From SAR202 cluster bacterium bin16 (lineage in GTDB: Bacteria > Chloroflexota > Dehalococcoidia > Lucifugimonadales > Australimonadaceae): a stretch of 64,000 bases of DNA. Below, in pieces: positions 40,880-50,076 of this stretch; within the stretch, counting starts at the first letter, position 1, and the number at the start of each line of letters is the position of its first letter. A program made the translations under genes and the position numbers. The notes under the pieces were generated by a model that was not told where the DNA came from, made no database searches, and worked only from the letters and a program-made list of their open reading frames with translations. Where the stretch lies: contig MPMJ01000004.1 of NCBI GenBank assembly GCA_002238425.1, positions 37,454-101,453 of the forward strand, in the 5' to 3' direction.

Positions 40880-43252
40880 TCAGGCTATGGCCTCGGCCTC
40901 TTCGAGCCGTCGCCGCTCCGCCGGAGACAGCTTGAGCAGCGTGTCGAACACGTAGTCGTTCGCTCCCCCGAAGACCGGGCGGCCGTCCATCCGTTGACGT
41001 CCCGGAGTCTCCGGAAGGCGGATCGAGAGGCCCGTGACGTCCATGGGCCCTGATTCGGGGTCGTCAACCGGCACGATGAAGCCGCGTTCACGGAGGTGGA
41101 CGTCGTAGTACACGTCCTCACCGGTCTGCACCACGGCGGCGGGCACGCCTGCTTTCTGCAGGAGGTGCATTACCTGCCGGGGAGTGAGGTCGCTTGCCCA
41201 CGCGGTGATGACTTCGTCCAGCGCGTTGGCGTTCTCGATCCGTCCGGCCAGGGTTGCGAAGCTCTCATCGTTCGCCAGGTGTGCTCGGCCCATCGCGCGG
41301 CAGAGGGCTTCCCATTGCTCATCGGTCACGCACGTGATGGCGCAGTAGGCGTCGCGTCCCCGGCAGGCATAGACGTCGTAGGGTGCGGCGTCGAGCTTCC
41401 GGTTGCCGGAGGGCTGCCAGTCGCGGCTGTTGACCGAGGAATCGAGCAGCCCCACGCCCAGCGCGGCGACGAGCGCCTCCAGCTGGGCGATCTCGATCTC
41501 CTGCCCGCTTCCGATCGCATCCCGGGCGTGGAGCGCGGCTGTTACGGCCAACGCGCCCTGCGCACCTCCGAGGAAATCGGGAATGGCTGCCCGCCCGCGT
41601 CGTTCCACCGGTGTGTCGGGCTGGCCCCAGATGTAGAACAGGCCGGAATCGGCCATCAGCTGCGCTCCGTGGGAAGCGTTCAACCGTCCCGGCCCGGTGC
41701 TGCCGTAGCCCGGCATGCTGAGGACGATGATGCCCGGGTTGACCTTGCGGAGCTCCTCGTAGCCGAGGTTGAACCGCTCCAGCGTCCCTGGGCGGTAGTT
41801 GTTCACCAGAACGTCGCTCTGCTCAGCCAGACGCTTGACGAGTCCTTGCCCCTCCGGATGGTGAAGGTCGATCGTGATGCTCATCTTGTTGCGGTTGAGT
41901 TCCGTGTATATCCCGGCGCGTCCCTCCCGCTGGGTGTCGAACTTGCCGGACTCGATCTTGATGACCTCGGCGCCGTAGTCGGCGAGCAATCGCGTGCAGA
42001 AGGGGCCTGCCCAAGCACGGGTCAGGTCGATGACCCGGATGCCCTTCAGCGGAGGGCCTTCCGCGCGCTCGCTCCCTGAGGCGGGTCCGCGAGAGTTGGC
42101 TCCAGCCGTCTGCAACACGTCCTCCGTGTGCTCTCCGAGGAGCGGCGCAGTGCGGGAATATCGCGGCGGCGTGGCGCTCATCGTCCACGGGAAGCCGGGC
42201 ATCTTCACTTCGCCCAGTTCCGGATGGACGATGTCCTTGAACCAGTTGCGGCCCAGGAGGACCGGACTGCGCCGGACATCCGAGAACGTATTCACTGGAG
42301 CGACGGGCAATCCCCGCTTCCTTCCTCCGCTCACGAACTCCTCGGTGGTCATCGAGGCGGTGAATTCCTTGATGATCTCTTCGGCTACCTCGGCGCTCTC
42401 GCTGCGGGCCTCTGTGCTGAGCCAGTAGGGGTCCTTCAGCACCGGATGGTCGATCCATTCGACGAGTTTCTGCCACAGTTGCGCGAAGTGGATGTTCATC
42501 TGGGCGTACCCGTCCGAGCATGGGTAGCAGTTGACGCCCGCGGCGTTGGTGTGGGACCCCATCCGGCGCATGATCTGGGTAGCGGCCGAGAAGCGTCCGA
42601 TGGGGAAGGAGGATGCCGATGCGGTCATCGCCTCGTGTACCGATACGTCTACGTGCTGACCCCGCCCCGATTTCCGCCGGGTGTAGAGGGCCAGGAGCGT
42701 GCCCAGCGCTGCGTGGGTGCCGCCGATGTGCGTGCTGGGGTCGCCCGGTGCAGCGCAGGGATGGTCCCCTTCGTCGCCGACGTTCCACAACCAGTCGGAC
42801 ATCGCTTGAGCGATCAGGTCGCTCCCCTTCATCCCGGCATATGGTCCCACCTGTCCGAACGGCGTGACCGAGGTAACGACGATTCCCGGGTTCGCCTCTT
42901 GCAGCCGCGCGTAGCCGAGTCCCAACCCTTCCAGGTACCCCGGAGGGAAGTCTTCTACCAGCGCGTCCGCGCCGGACGCGAGCCGGAGCAGCCTTGCGCG
43001 GTCGTCCCGGTCTTCGAGGTCGAGGACAACACTTCTCTTGTTGGAGTTGAGATGGAGGAAGGCAAGGCTCCGGTTGGCGCCGGGTTGATCGGCTGCGAAA
43101 GGAAGCGCCTGTCGCGCCGGTCCTCCATCTGGAGGCTCGATGCGGACCACGTCCGCGCCGAGGTCTGCAAGAAGCCTGGTTGTGTACTGGCCCAGACCCT
43201 GGGTGAGGTCGAGGACCCGAAAGGCTCCCAGGGCTGTTTGCTCCAGCGCCAT
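40880..43252 (-). CDS. Tandem fusion of two family III CoA-transferase (CaiB/BaiF) domains
   Basis: 790 aa. The first module is FRVLDLTQGLGQYTTRLLADLGADVVRIEPP and the second is IRVIDLTRAWAGPFCTRLLADYGAEVIKIES, each followed by a full-length CaiB-like body. Confidence 0.85.
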   Translation of the reverse strand: MALEQTALGAFRVLDLTQGLGQYTTRLLADLGADVVRIEPPDGGPARQALPFAADQPGANRSLAFLHLNSNKRSVVLDLEDRDDRARLLRLASGADALVEDFPPGYLEGLGLGYARLQEANPGIVVTSVTPFGQVGPYAGMKGSDLIAQAMSDWLWNVGDEGDHPCAAPGDPSTHIGGTHAALGTLLALYTRRKSGRGQHVDVSVHEAMTASASSFPIGRFSAATQIMRRMGSHTNAAGVNCYPCSDGYAQMNIHFAQLWQKLVEWIDHPVLKDPYWLSTEARSESAEVAEEIIKEFTASMTTEEFVSGGRKRGLPVAPVNTFSDVRRSPVLLGRNWFKDIVHPELGEVKMPGFPWTMSATPPRYSRTAPLLGEHTEDVLQTAGANSRGPASGSERAEGPPLKGIRVIDLTRAWAGPFCTRLLADYGAEVIKIESGKFDTQREGRAGIYTELNRNKMSITIDLHHPEGQGLVKRLAEQSDVLVNNYRPGTLERFNLGYEELRKVNPGIIVLSMPGYGSTGPGRLNASHGAQLMADSGLFYIWGQPDTPVERRGRAAIPDFLGGAQGALAVTAALHARDAIGSGQEIEIAQLEALVAALGVGLLDSSVNSRDWQPSGNRKLDAAPYDVYACRGRDAYCAITCVTDEQWEALCRAMGRAHLANDESFATLAGRIENANALDEVITAWASDLTPRQVMHLLQKAGVPAAVVQTGEDVYYDVHLRERGFIVPVDDPESGPMDVTGLSIRLPETPGRQRMDGRPVFGGANDYVFDTLLKLSPAERRRLEEAEAIA

Positions 43253-43292
43253 ACGCCAACTCCTATCCGCGCGCGCTTTGCCTGGCTGGCGG

Positions 43293-43721
43293 TCAGCCCG
43301 CGAGTTGGAACTTCGGCAAGGTGAACTCCGGCGTTACGTCGTCCCAGACCACCTCGACGCGCGCTCCGATCTCGATGCTGTCGTGGTCGCAGTTGACGAT
43401 GTTCGTGTTCATACGCCATCCCTCGTCCAGTTCCACGATGGCCAGCACGTAAGGGACGTCGTCGGCGAACCCCGGGTGCGCCGGTTGGTATGAGATGGTG
43501 TAGGAGTAGACCCATCCCTTGCCGGTTGAATCCACCCATTCCAGGGTTCCGACGCCGAAGCACTCCGGGCCCGGACAGACGTCGCGAGGGTAGAACACCC
43601 GTGTGCCGCATGACCGGCAGCGTTGGTATACCAGCCGGTGTTCCCGGGCGGCATCCCAGAACGGCTGGCTCACGGCGCTGGGGGTGGGCAAGGGTTTGTT
43701 GTATGCGGGTTCACTCGTCAT
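43293..43721 (-). CDS. DUF35 Zn-ribbon/OB-fold protein (thiolase partner)
   Basis: FWDAAREHRLVYQRCRSCGTRVFYPRDVCPGPEC plus the OB-fold tail YVLAIVELDEG.R...N. It sits immediately downstream of a thiolase-like gene. Confidence 0.85.
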   Translation of the reverse strand: MTSEPAYNKPLPTPSAVSQPFWDAAREHRLVYQRCRSCGTRVFYPRDVCPGPECFGVGTLEWVDSTGKGWVYSYTISYQPAHPGFADDVPYVLAIVELDEGWRMNTNIVNCDHDSIEIGARVEVVWDDVTPEFTLPKFQLAG

Positions 43722-43744
43722 CGCGCGTTCCTGGCTCGGCTCGC

Positions 43745-44938
43745 CTACAGCGTTGCTTCGCTGCCGAGTAGCATCGCTGACTGCTGTGAGAATGCGCCGC
43801 CGGAGCCGGTGACGTAGACCAGGTCGGTCGGCCCCGGCACCTGGTGCTCGCCGCCATCCCGCCGGATCTGTCTGACAGCCTCCGTGACCTGGGCGCAGCC
43901 TCCCGCGGTCGAAGCCTGTCCGTAGGACAGCTGACCGCCGTGCGTGTTCATGGGCTTGTCGCCCTCGAATGTCAGATCGTGCGCCTGTATCCAGTCTGCC
44001 GCTTCACCCTTCCTGCAGAAGCCGGACTCCTCCAACTCGCACATCACTGTGATGGTGAAAGAGTCGTATATCTCCATCACCTGAACGTCGGGCGGCCCGT
44101 AGCCTGCCATGGAGAATGCCTTCTTCGCTCCGCGTCCCACGGGACTGACCGTTATCTCTCCGACGTGCGTCAGGTTGCCCCGCAGTATCCCGAGGCCGCC
44201 GCCGAGGATGTAGGCGGGCTTGTGCGGCATGCTCTGCGCGACGTCCGCGCGGGCGACGACGAAGGCACACCCCCCGGCGCACGGCATGACGCACTCCAGC
44301 AGGTGCAGCGGGTCCGCCACGATGCGGGAGTTCACCACGTCATCCGCAGTGATGGGAGTGTCATGGAATATCGCCATCGGGTTGTGGTTGGCGTTGTAGC
44401 GGAAGTCGACGGACACCTTCGCGCGCTTCTCCACGGTGGCCCCGTACAGCGCCTCGTACCGCTTGGCGATCATGGCGTACCAGCCGTTCGCCGCGACCGT
44501 CGGGCCGAACGGCGCCTGGAACTCCGTGGTGGCGGTCTCGGTTCGCCCACCGGCTGGGGGCCTGCGGCGCATCGCAGGGTCTATGGCCGCGCCCATGCCG
44601 CATAGGACGTACCTCGCCAGCCCTGCGTTGACGTAGGCGGCAGCCTGCAACGCCATCGCAACCCCTGCCGCGCCCTGCGCGTCGCAGCCCGTCGCCCAGG
44701 TGGGGTAGATGCCCATGTATTCGGCCATCCGGGCCGCGTAGCCCCCGCCGCTCCCGACGGCCAGCTCCGGGTCGACGATCATCCCGTCGATGTCAGCCTT
44801 TGTGAGGCCGGAATCCTGGATAGCCAGGTACGCGGCCTCAGCCAGCAGGCTCATCGCGTCTCTGCCGGGGCGCGTCCGCTCCGGCTTCAACTCCCCAATA
44901 CCCACTATCGCGGCTGCGCCGCGGAGGCTGTCATCCAT
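43745..44938 (-). CDS. Thiolase-like (SCP-x / lipid-transfer type) protein
   Basis: Trimmed to ATG 44936-44938. AAIVGIGELKP.. with a thiolase-fold C-terminus (NTHGGQLSYGQASTAGG). Typical DUF35 pairing. Confidence 0.85.
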   Translation of the reverse strand: MDDSLRGAAAIVGIGELKPERTRPGRDAMSLLAEAAYLAIQDSGLTKADIDGMIVDPELAVGSGGGYAARMAEYMGIYPTWATGCDAQGAAGVAMALQAAAYVNAGLARYVLCGMGAAIDPAMRRRPPAGGRTETATTEFQAPFGPTVAANGWYAMIAKRYEALYGATVEKRAKVSVDFRYNANHNPMAIFHDTPITADDVVNSRIVADPLHLLECVMPCAGGCAFVVARADVAQSMPHKPAYILGGGLGILRGNLTHVGEITVSPVGRGAKKAFSMAGYGPPDVQVMEIYDSFTITVMCELEESGFCRKGEAADWIQAHDLTFEGDKPMNTHGGQLSYGQASTAGGCAQVTEAVRQIRRDGGEHQVPGPTDLVYVTGSGGAFSQQSAMLLGSEATL

Positions 44939-45048
44939 GGAGTGACCTTCGCTTACCCCCACTCTCAACAACGGACGCCGTACCTGTGTGGAACTCCCAA
45001 CTCTGAGTGCGGGGCTGTCTGAACCGTCAGAGGTGGGACGACGGTGGC

Positions 45049-45077
45049 AATCTATATTTCGGGTACAGGAGAGTCAA
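45049..45077 (-). promoter_or_regulatory. Candidate sigma70-type promoter TTGACT-N17-TAGATT for the thiolase/DUF35/CoA-transferase operon
   Basis: The minus-strand reading of 45077..45049 gives ttgactctcctgtacccgaaatatagatt, about 110 nt upstream of ATG 44938. Confidence 0.3.
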
Positions 45078-45230
45078 ACCGCCCATCACTCGGAATTCAT
45101 TCGCGGGTAACTTGCTGTGTGCTGCAAAGGCCTGGCCGACAACCGACCTGGCTCGTAGCCTTCGCCGGGTTGAGACTCCGGGCAGTGCAGGGGAGGGTGG
45201 TTCCCAGCGCTATGGTCTCCCGGCAAGCCG

Positions 45231-45734
45231 TCACACCGCCGGGATCGACAACCCCTCGATGAACTCCACACCCGGCAGCTTCTCCAGCTCCCGGGGCGCC
45301 ATCATCAGCTTGCCGGACCTACTGCCTGCTCCGAGGATGATGTAGTCCATCTCGAGGAGGCGCACGTCAGCGTAGATCGGCAACCCCTCCGGAAGCGCCA
45401 GTGCCGTAACCCCGCCGATCATCATCCCCGTCACTTCACGGGTCTCCTCTGCCGATGCGAACGACGCCCGCGACACCCCCATCAGGCCGCGCACTCGCTT
45501 GTTCACGTCCAGCCGGTCGCAAGCCCGCACGATCCCCGCGCAATACGCCGCCGGTCCCCGCTTGCTGGCCACGATGATCGTGTTGGCGGAATGGGGTAGG
45601 TCATACCCGTACCGTTCGCAGAAGTCCGCAGTGTCGGCGTACTGCGGATCGATCGTGATCCACTCCCAGCTTGCGATGCCCAATCCGTCCAGCGCTACGC
45701 GAACTCGTCCTTCGATGTCTTCAGGTGTACTCAT
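45231..45734 (-). CDS. YbaK/EbsC-type aminoacyl-tRNA editing (deacylase) domain protein
   Basis: 167 aa with ..NTIIVASKRGPAAYCAGIV... and MIGGVTALALPEGLPIYAD, resembling the YbaK/ProX trans-editing fold. Confidence 0.75.
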   Translation of the reverse strand: MSTPEDIEGRVRVALDGLGIASWEWITIDPQYADTADFCERYGYDLPHSANTIIVASKRGPAAYCAGIVRACDRLDVNKRVRGLMGVSRASFASAEETREVTGMMIGGVTALALPEGLPIYADVRLLEMDYIILGAGSRSGKLMMAPRELEKLPGVEFIEGLSIPAV

Positions 45735-46018
45735 GGTGCCGTCCCGTGTAGTGGTCCAGGGCCGGTTGCGCTGCTCTTGCTCAACCGGACCCGATTGCCG
45801 ATTCTACAATCGTTCCGATTGCGTACCCCCGCAGAGCCCGCATCGAACTCGACTGTCAAGGAGCACCGCAACTTTTGGGTGTTATCGCCCAACCGGGATG
45901 AACTACCCGCGAGGGGTACACAAGACTACCCCGCCAGGCTGGCAGCTCCGCGGCACACAATGCATGGCTGGTGGTCTGCTAGACTGCCCGCCACCGGACC
46001 ACAGGGAGCGCAACCGCA

Positions 46019-47041
46019 ATGGGAGTGCCTGCCTCACAAGCGTGGACAGTTGCGTCTCACGTCATCAGGCAACGTTTGGCGGGACGCAAACGCTATCCGC
46101 TCGTGCTCATGCTGGAGCCGCTGCTGCGCTGCAACCTCGCATGCGCGGGGTGCGGGAAGATCCAGTACCCGCCGCACGTGCTTAAGCGCGCGCTCACCGT
46201 CGAGCAGTGCCTGGCCGCGGTGGAGGAGTGCGGCGCTCCCATCGTCAGCATCCCCGGCGGAGAGCCGCTGCTCTACCCCCACATCGGGGAGCTGGTTGAA
46301 GAGTTGACCCGCCGAAAGAAGTACGTTTACCTCTGCACCAATGCCCTGCTGCTCAGGGAGAAGTTGGAGCAGCACGCCTTCACTCCCTCGAAATTCCTCA
46401 GCTTCAGCGTGCACATGGACGGCCTCCGCGAGGAGCACGACGCGTCAGTCTGTCGCGACGGCGTGTACGACATCGCTGTCGATGCGATACGGGAAGCCGT
46501 CCGGCGAGGCTTCCGCGTCACCACCAACACGACGCTGTTCAACACGTCCGAGCCGATGCGCGTCCGCGATTTCTTCGACGCGATGATGGACCTCGACGTC
46601 GAGGGCATGATGGTGTCGCCGGGGTACAGCTATGAGAAAGCCCCGGACCAGGACTCATTCCTGGAGCGCGGACGAACGCAGGAGCTATTCTCCGAGGTGC
46701 TCGCGGGCAGGAAGAAGCGCTGGCGGTTCAACCAGTCGCCGCTCTTCCTCCAGTTCCTCATGGGCAAGCGCGATTTCGAATGCACGCCGTGGGGCAACCC
46801 GCTCTACACGATCTTCGGATGGCAGCGCCCCTGCTACCTGCTGCAGGACGGCTATGCCGCCACCTTCCGGGAGCTGATGGACGAGACGCCGTGGGAAGAG
46901 TATGGGCGGGAGAGCGGCAATCCTCACTGCCAGGACTGCATGGTGCACTCCGGGTACGAACCTACCGCCGTCCATGCGACGTTCACGACCTGGCGCGGTC
47001 TGCGCGACTCCGCCGTTGCCACGCTCACTGGCAAGCTGTGA
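46019..47041 (+). CDS. hpnH: Adenosyl-hopene transferase (radical SAM) HpnH
   Basis: GRKRYPLVLMLEPLLRCNLACAGCGKIQYP contains the CxxxCxxC radical-SAM cluster. The conserved HpnH body includes WGNPLYTIFGWQRPCYLL, and the gene lies next to shc. Confidence 0.9.
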   Translation: MGVPASQAWTVASHVIRQRLAGRKRYPLVLMLEPLLRCNLACAGCGKIQYPPHVLKRALTVEQCLAAVEECGAPIVSIPGGEPLLYPHIGELVEELTRRKKYVYLCTNALLLREKLEQHAFTPSKFLSFSVHMDGLREEHDASVCRDGVYDIAVDAIREAVRRGFRVTTNTTLFNTSEPMRVRDFFDAMMDLDVEGMMVSPGYSYEKAPDQDSFLERGRTQELFSEVLAGRKKRWRFNQSPLFLQFLMGKRDFECTPWGNPLYTIFGWQRPCYLLQDGYAATFRELMDETPWEEYGRESGNPHCQDCMVHSGYEPTAVHATFTTWRGLRDSAVATLTGKL

Positions 47042-47044
47042 GCC

Positions 47045-47395
47045 ATGAACGAGCACGAGGCACAAACCGGTACTGCACACCAGGGAGACGCTAATGGCGT
47101 CGCCGAGCTCGTAGAACGCGCCTTCCAGTATCGCGGCGACGTTACCGTTCGCATCGATGACGGCAGTTCCGTAACGGGCTATCTCTTCAACCGGAACGGT
47201 CGTAGCAGTGAACCGTTCGCCCAGTTGTTCGAGGCACAGACCGGACGTGAGGTGTCGCTCCCATACCGCATCATCGCCGAAGTGCTCTTCACGGGTCGTG
47301 ATGCCGCTGCCGCAGCGGACCAGCGCTTCGAGGCCCTGCAGGGTCTGCGGGAGGAGGAGCAGGCAGGTAGGGGAGCGGAACGCCATGGGGCCTGA
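47045..47395 (+). CDS. Hypothetical protein within the hopanoid cluster
   Basis: 116-aa ORF starting 4 nt after the hpnH stop. I recognise no motifs and coding is plausible from context only. Confidence 0.45.
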   Translation: MNEHEAQTGTAHQGDANGVAELVERAFQYRGDVTVRIDDGSSVTGYLFNRNGRSSEPFAQLFEAQTGREVSLPYRIIAEVLFTGRDAAAAADQRFEALQGLREEEQAGRGAERHGA

Positions 47396-48077
47396 AGCCG
47401 CCCTGACGCCCTTCCTGACCGTAGCCCCGACTCAGCGGGAGCTGGGAGGACTGGGCTACGGCGACGCCCGCACCAGGGCGAACGTCGTGGGCATCGGACG
47501 CCCTGCGGGCGAGCAGGTCGCTGCCCTGCTCGATGCCGCGCCGTGCCGGATACTCGTCTCTCTGGGATACGCAGGCGCCCTCGATCCACACCTCCATCCC
47601 GGTGACCTCGTGGTTGCGAACGCCTACCTTCATGGACCGGATGCGGCGATCCCCGGCGCTCCGCACACCACCCGCGCGGCCATGCTGCTGCGGCAGGCCG
47701 GCATCTCCTCCCTCGAAGGACCGGTGCTGACCGTAGACGAGCCCCTCCTTACGCCTCGCGCCAAGCGCCGGGCGTACTACGGCAGCGGTGCGCTGGTCGC
47801 TGACATGGAGGGCCGCTGGATCGCAGAAGAAGCAGCATCGAGAGACGTTACCCTCATAGGGATACGCGCCGTGCTGGACGAGGCCCACTTCCCTCTCCCT
47901 TCGTTCATCGCAACCATCATCGCGGACGAGGGCCGGCAGGAGTGGGCGCACGCACTCCGGGCAATGTCGCATCCGTCCGCAGTCAAGAGCTTCCTTCCCC
48001 TCGCATTGAAATCCCGCGAAGCGTCCCGCGCCCTGCAGATGGCGGTACAGACCATCCTTCCGGCGCTCGTCCCGTAA
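47385..48077 (+). CDS. hpnG: Hopanoid-associated phosphorylase HpnG (PNP/MTAN-like nucleosidase)
   Basis: In-frame ATG at 47385. ..VSLGYAGALDP.L.PGDLVVA.. and ..GALVADMEG are nucleoside-phosphorylase-fold motifs. It sits between hpnH and shc. Confidence 0.8.
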   Translation: MGPEAALTPFLTVAPTQRELGGLGYGDARTRANVVGIGRPAGEQVAALLDAAPCRILVSLGYAGALDPHLHPGDLVVANAYLHGPDAAIPGAPHTTRAAMLLRQAGISSLEGPVLTVDEPLLTPRAKRRAYYGSGALVADMEGRWIAEEAASRDVTLIGIRAVLDEAHFPLPSFIATIIADEGRQEWAHALRAMSHPSAVKSFLPLALKSREASRALQMAVQTILPALVP

Positions 48078-48093
48078 CAGGCGAGACAAGTTC

Positions 48094-50076
48094 GTGACCT
48101 GCATGGAACACCGCGTTCGCAAGGCGTTGGAGCGGACGCAAGAGTACTTCTTCCGCACGCAGGACCAGGACGGCTACTGGTGGGGTGAGCTGGAGTCCAA
48201 CCCGACCATGGAGGCGGAGTACATCATGCTCACGCACTTCATGGGGTCGGACGAAGGCGGCCGCATCACCCGCGTCGCGGAAGACATCCGGCGCAGGCAA
48301 TCTGGGGACGGCTCCTGGCGGATGTACTACGGCGCGCCCGGAGACCTGAGCACGTCCATCGAGTGCTACTTCGCGCTCAAGCTCGCCGGCGACCCGGCCA
48401 ACGCTCCCCACATGGCGCGGGCGCGCGCCTTCATCCTCGCCCAGGGCGGAGTGCCCCAGGCGCGTGTATTCACCAGGATATGGCTCGCTCTCTTCGGCCA
48501 GTGGGACTGGAAAGGGACGCCGGCCATGCCCCCGGACATGATGCTGCTGCCGAAGTGGGCGCCCTTCAACATCTACCGCTTCGCGAGCTGGGCGCGCGCG
48601 ACCATCGTGCCGATGACCGTCATCCTCACGCTCCACCCCACGCGCCCTCCGCCCGAAAGCGCATGGGTCATGGAGCTCTACCCGGAAGGCCCCGTTACGT
48701 TCACGCTTTCACGCCGCAAGGCGAAGCCGTTCTCCCTCAAGGGAGGGTTCCTGCTCCTGGACAAGGCGCTGCGGGTCTATCGCAATCTGCCCTTCATCCC
48801 CGGCCGGGAGCGGGCGCTCAGGGCAGCCGTCGACTGGATCGTCGAGCATCAGGAGGCGGACGGCTCGTGGGGAGGCATACAACCGCCCTGGGTCTACTCG
48901 CTCATCGCGCTGAGCGCCCTCGGATACCGGCTGGACCACCCGGTTGTCGCGAAGGGGCTGGAGGGCTTCAGGCAGCACTGGAGCCTCCCGTCGGAAGACG
49001 GCAAGGCGCTCAGGGTGCAGGCGTGTCTCTCGCCCGTGTGGGATACGTGCCTGGCGATGCGCGGGCTCCTCGACTCCGGCGTGCCGCCCGACCACCCGGG
49101 CATCCGGCGCGCCGCGGCCTGGCTCATCCGCGAGGAGATACGGGTCAAAGGCGACTGGGCCGTCTACCGTCCGCATCTCGAACCCAGCGGATGGGCGTTC
49201 GAGTTCGACAACGTCCACTATCCGGACATCGACGACTCAGCCATCATCGTGACCGACCTCGCGCTCGCGCGGATGAACGACGACGCAGGCGAACGGGCCA
49301 GAAGGGCGTCTGTCGACCGCGCCGTCGCGTGGCTGACGGGCATGCAGAGTTCGAGCGGGGGATGGGCCGCGTTCGACTGGAACAACGAGTCCCACGAGCT
49401 GGCGGAGATCCCGTTCGCCGACTTCGGCGAGCTCCTGGATCCGCCCAGCGTGGACGTCACCGCGCACGTGCTGGAGATGTACGGCATGCTGGGATACGGG
49501 ATGGACCATCCGCCCGTACGCCGGGGGCTCGCCTACATATGGGACCAGCAGGAGCACGACGGCGCGTGGTTCGGACGTTGGGGTGTGAACTACGTCTACG
49601 GCACGGGCGCGGTGCTCCCTGCGCTGCAAGCGCTGGGAGTGGACATGACGCAGCCCCGCGTCCGCCGTGCGGTCGAATGGCTCCTCGCGCACCAGAATAC
49701 GGACGGCGGATGGGGAGAGACCTGCGTCAGCTATCCGGACCCCTCGTTGCGCGGGCAGGGCGAGAGTACGCCCTCGCAGACATCGTGGGCGCTCATCGCG
49801 CTCATCGCGGCGGGTGAAGCGCTCAGCGAGTCCGTCGAGCGGGGCGTCGAGTTCCTCCTCCAGCGTCAGCAGGACGACGGAACGTGGGACGAGCCGCAGT
49901 TCACGGGGTGCGGCTTCCCCGGCTACGGCCCCGGCAACCAGCCCGAGAGGTACGAACCGCTCGACGACCCGAACTCGCAGGGGCCGGAACTGAGTGCTGC
50001 GTTCATGATCAACTACCACCTCTACCGCAACTACTTCCCGCTCTGGGCGCTGGGGCGGTACGCGCAAGCGCTCTAG
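48094..50076 (+). CDS. shc: Squalene-hopene cyclase
   Basis: Multiple QW repeats (QDGYWWGE, QSGDGSWR, QEADGSWGG, QSSSGGWAAF, QEHDGAWFGRWG, QNTDGGWGE, QQDDGTWDE) and the catalytic D-x-D-D motif PDIDDSAIIV. Confidence 0.95.
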   Translation: MTCMEHRVRKALERTQEYFFRTQDQDGYWWGELESNPTMEAEYIMLTHFMGSDEGGRITRVAEDIRRRQSGDGSWRMYYGAPGDLSTSIECYFALKLAGDPANAPHMARARAFILAQGGVPQARVFTRIWLALFGQWDWKGTPAMPPDMMLLPKWAPFNIYRFASWARATIVPMTVILTLHPTRPPPESAWVMELYPEGPVTFTLSRRKAKPFSLKGGFLLLDKALRVYRNLPFIPGRERALRAAVDWIVEHQEADGSWGGIQPPWVYSLIALSALGYRLDHPVVAKGLEGFRQHWSLPSEDGKALRVQACLSPVWDTCLAMRGLLDSGVPPDHPGIRRAAAWLIREEIRVKGDWAVYRPHLEPSGWAFEFDNVHYPDIDDSAIIVTDLALARMNDDAGERARRASVDRAVAWLTGMQSSSGGWAAFDWNNESHELAEIPFADFGELLDPPSVDVTAHVLEMYGMLGYGMDHPPVRRGLAYIWDQQEHDGAWFGRWGVNYVYGTGAVLPALQALGVDMTQPRVRRAVEWLLAHQNTDGGWGETCVSYPDPSLRGQGESTPSQTSWALIALIAAGEALSESVERGVEFLLQRQQDDGTWDEPQFTGCGFPGYGPGNQPERYEPLDDPNSQGPELSAAFMINYHLYRNYFPLWALGRYAQAL

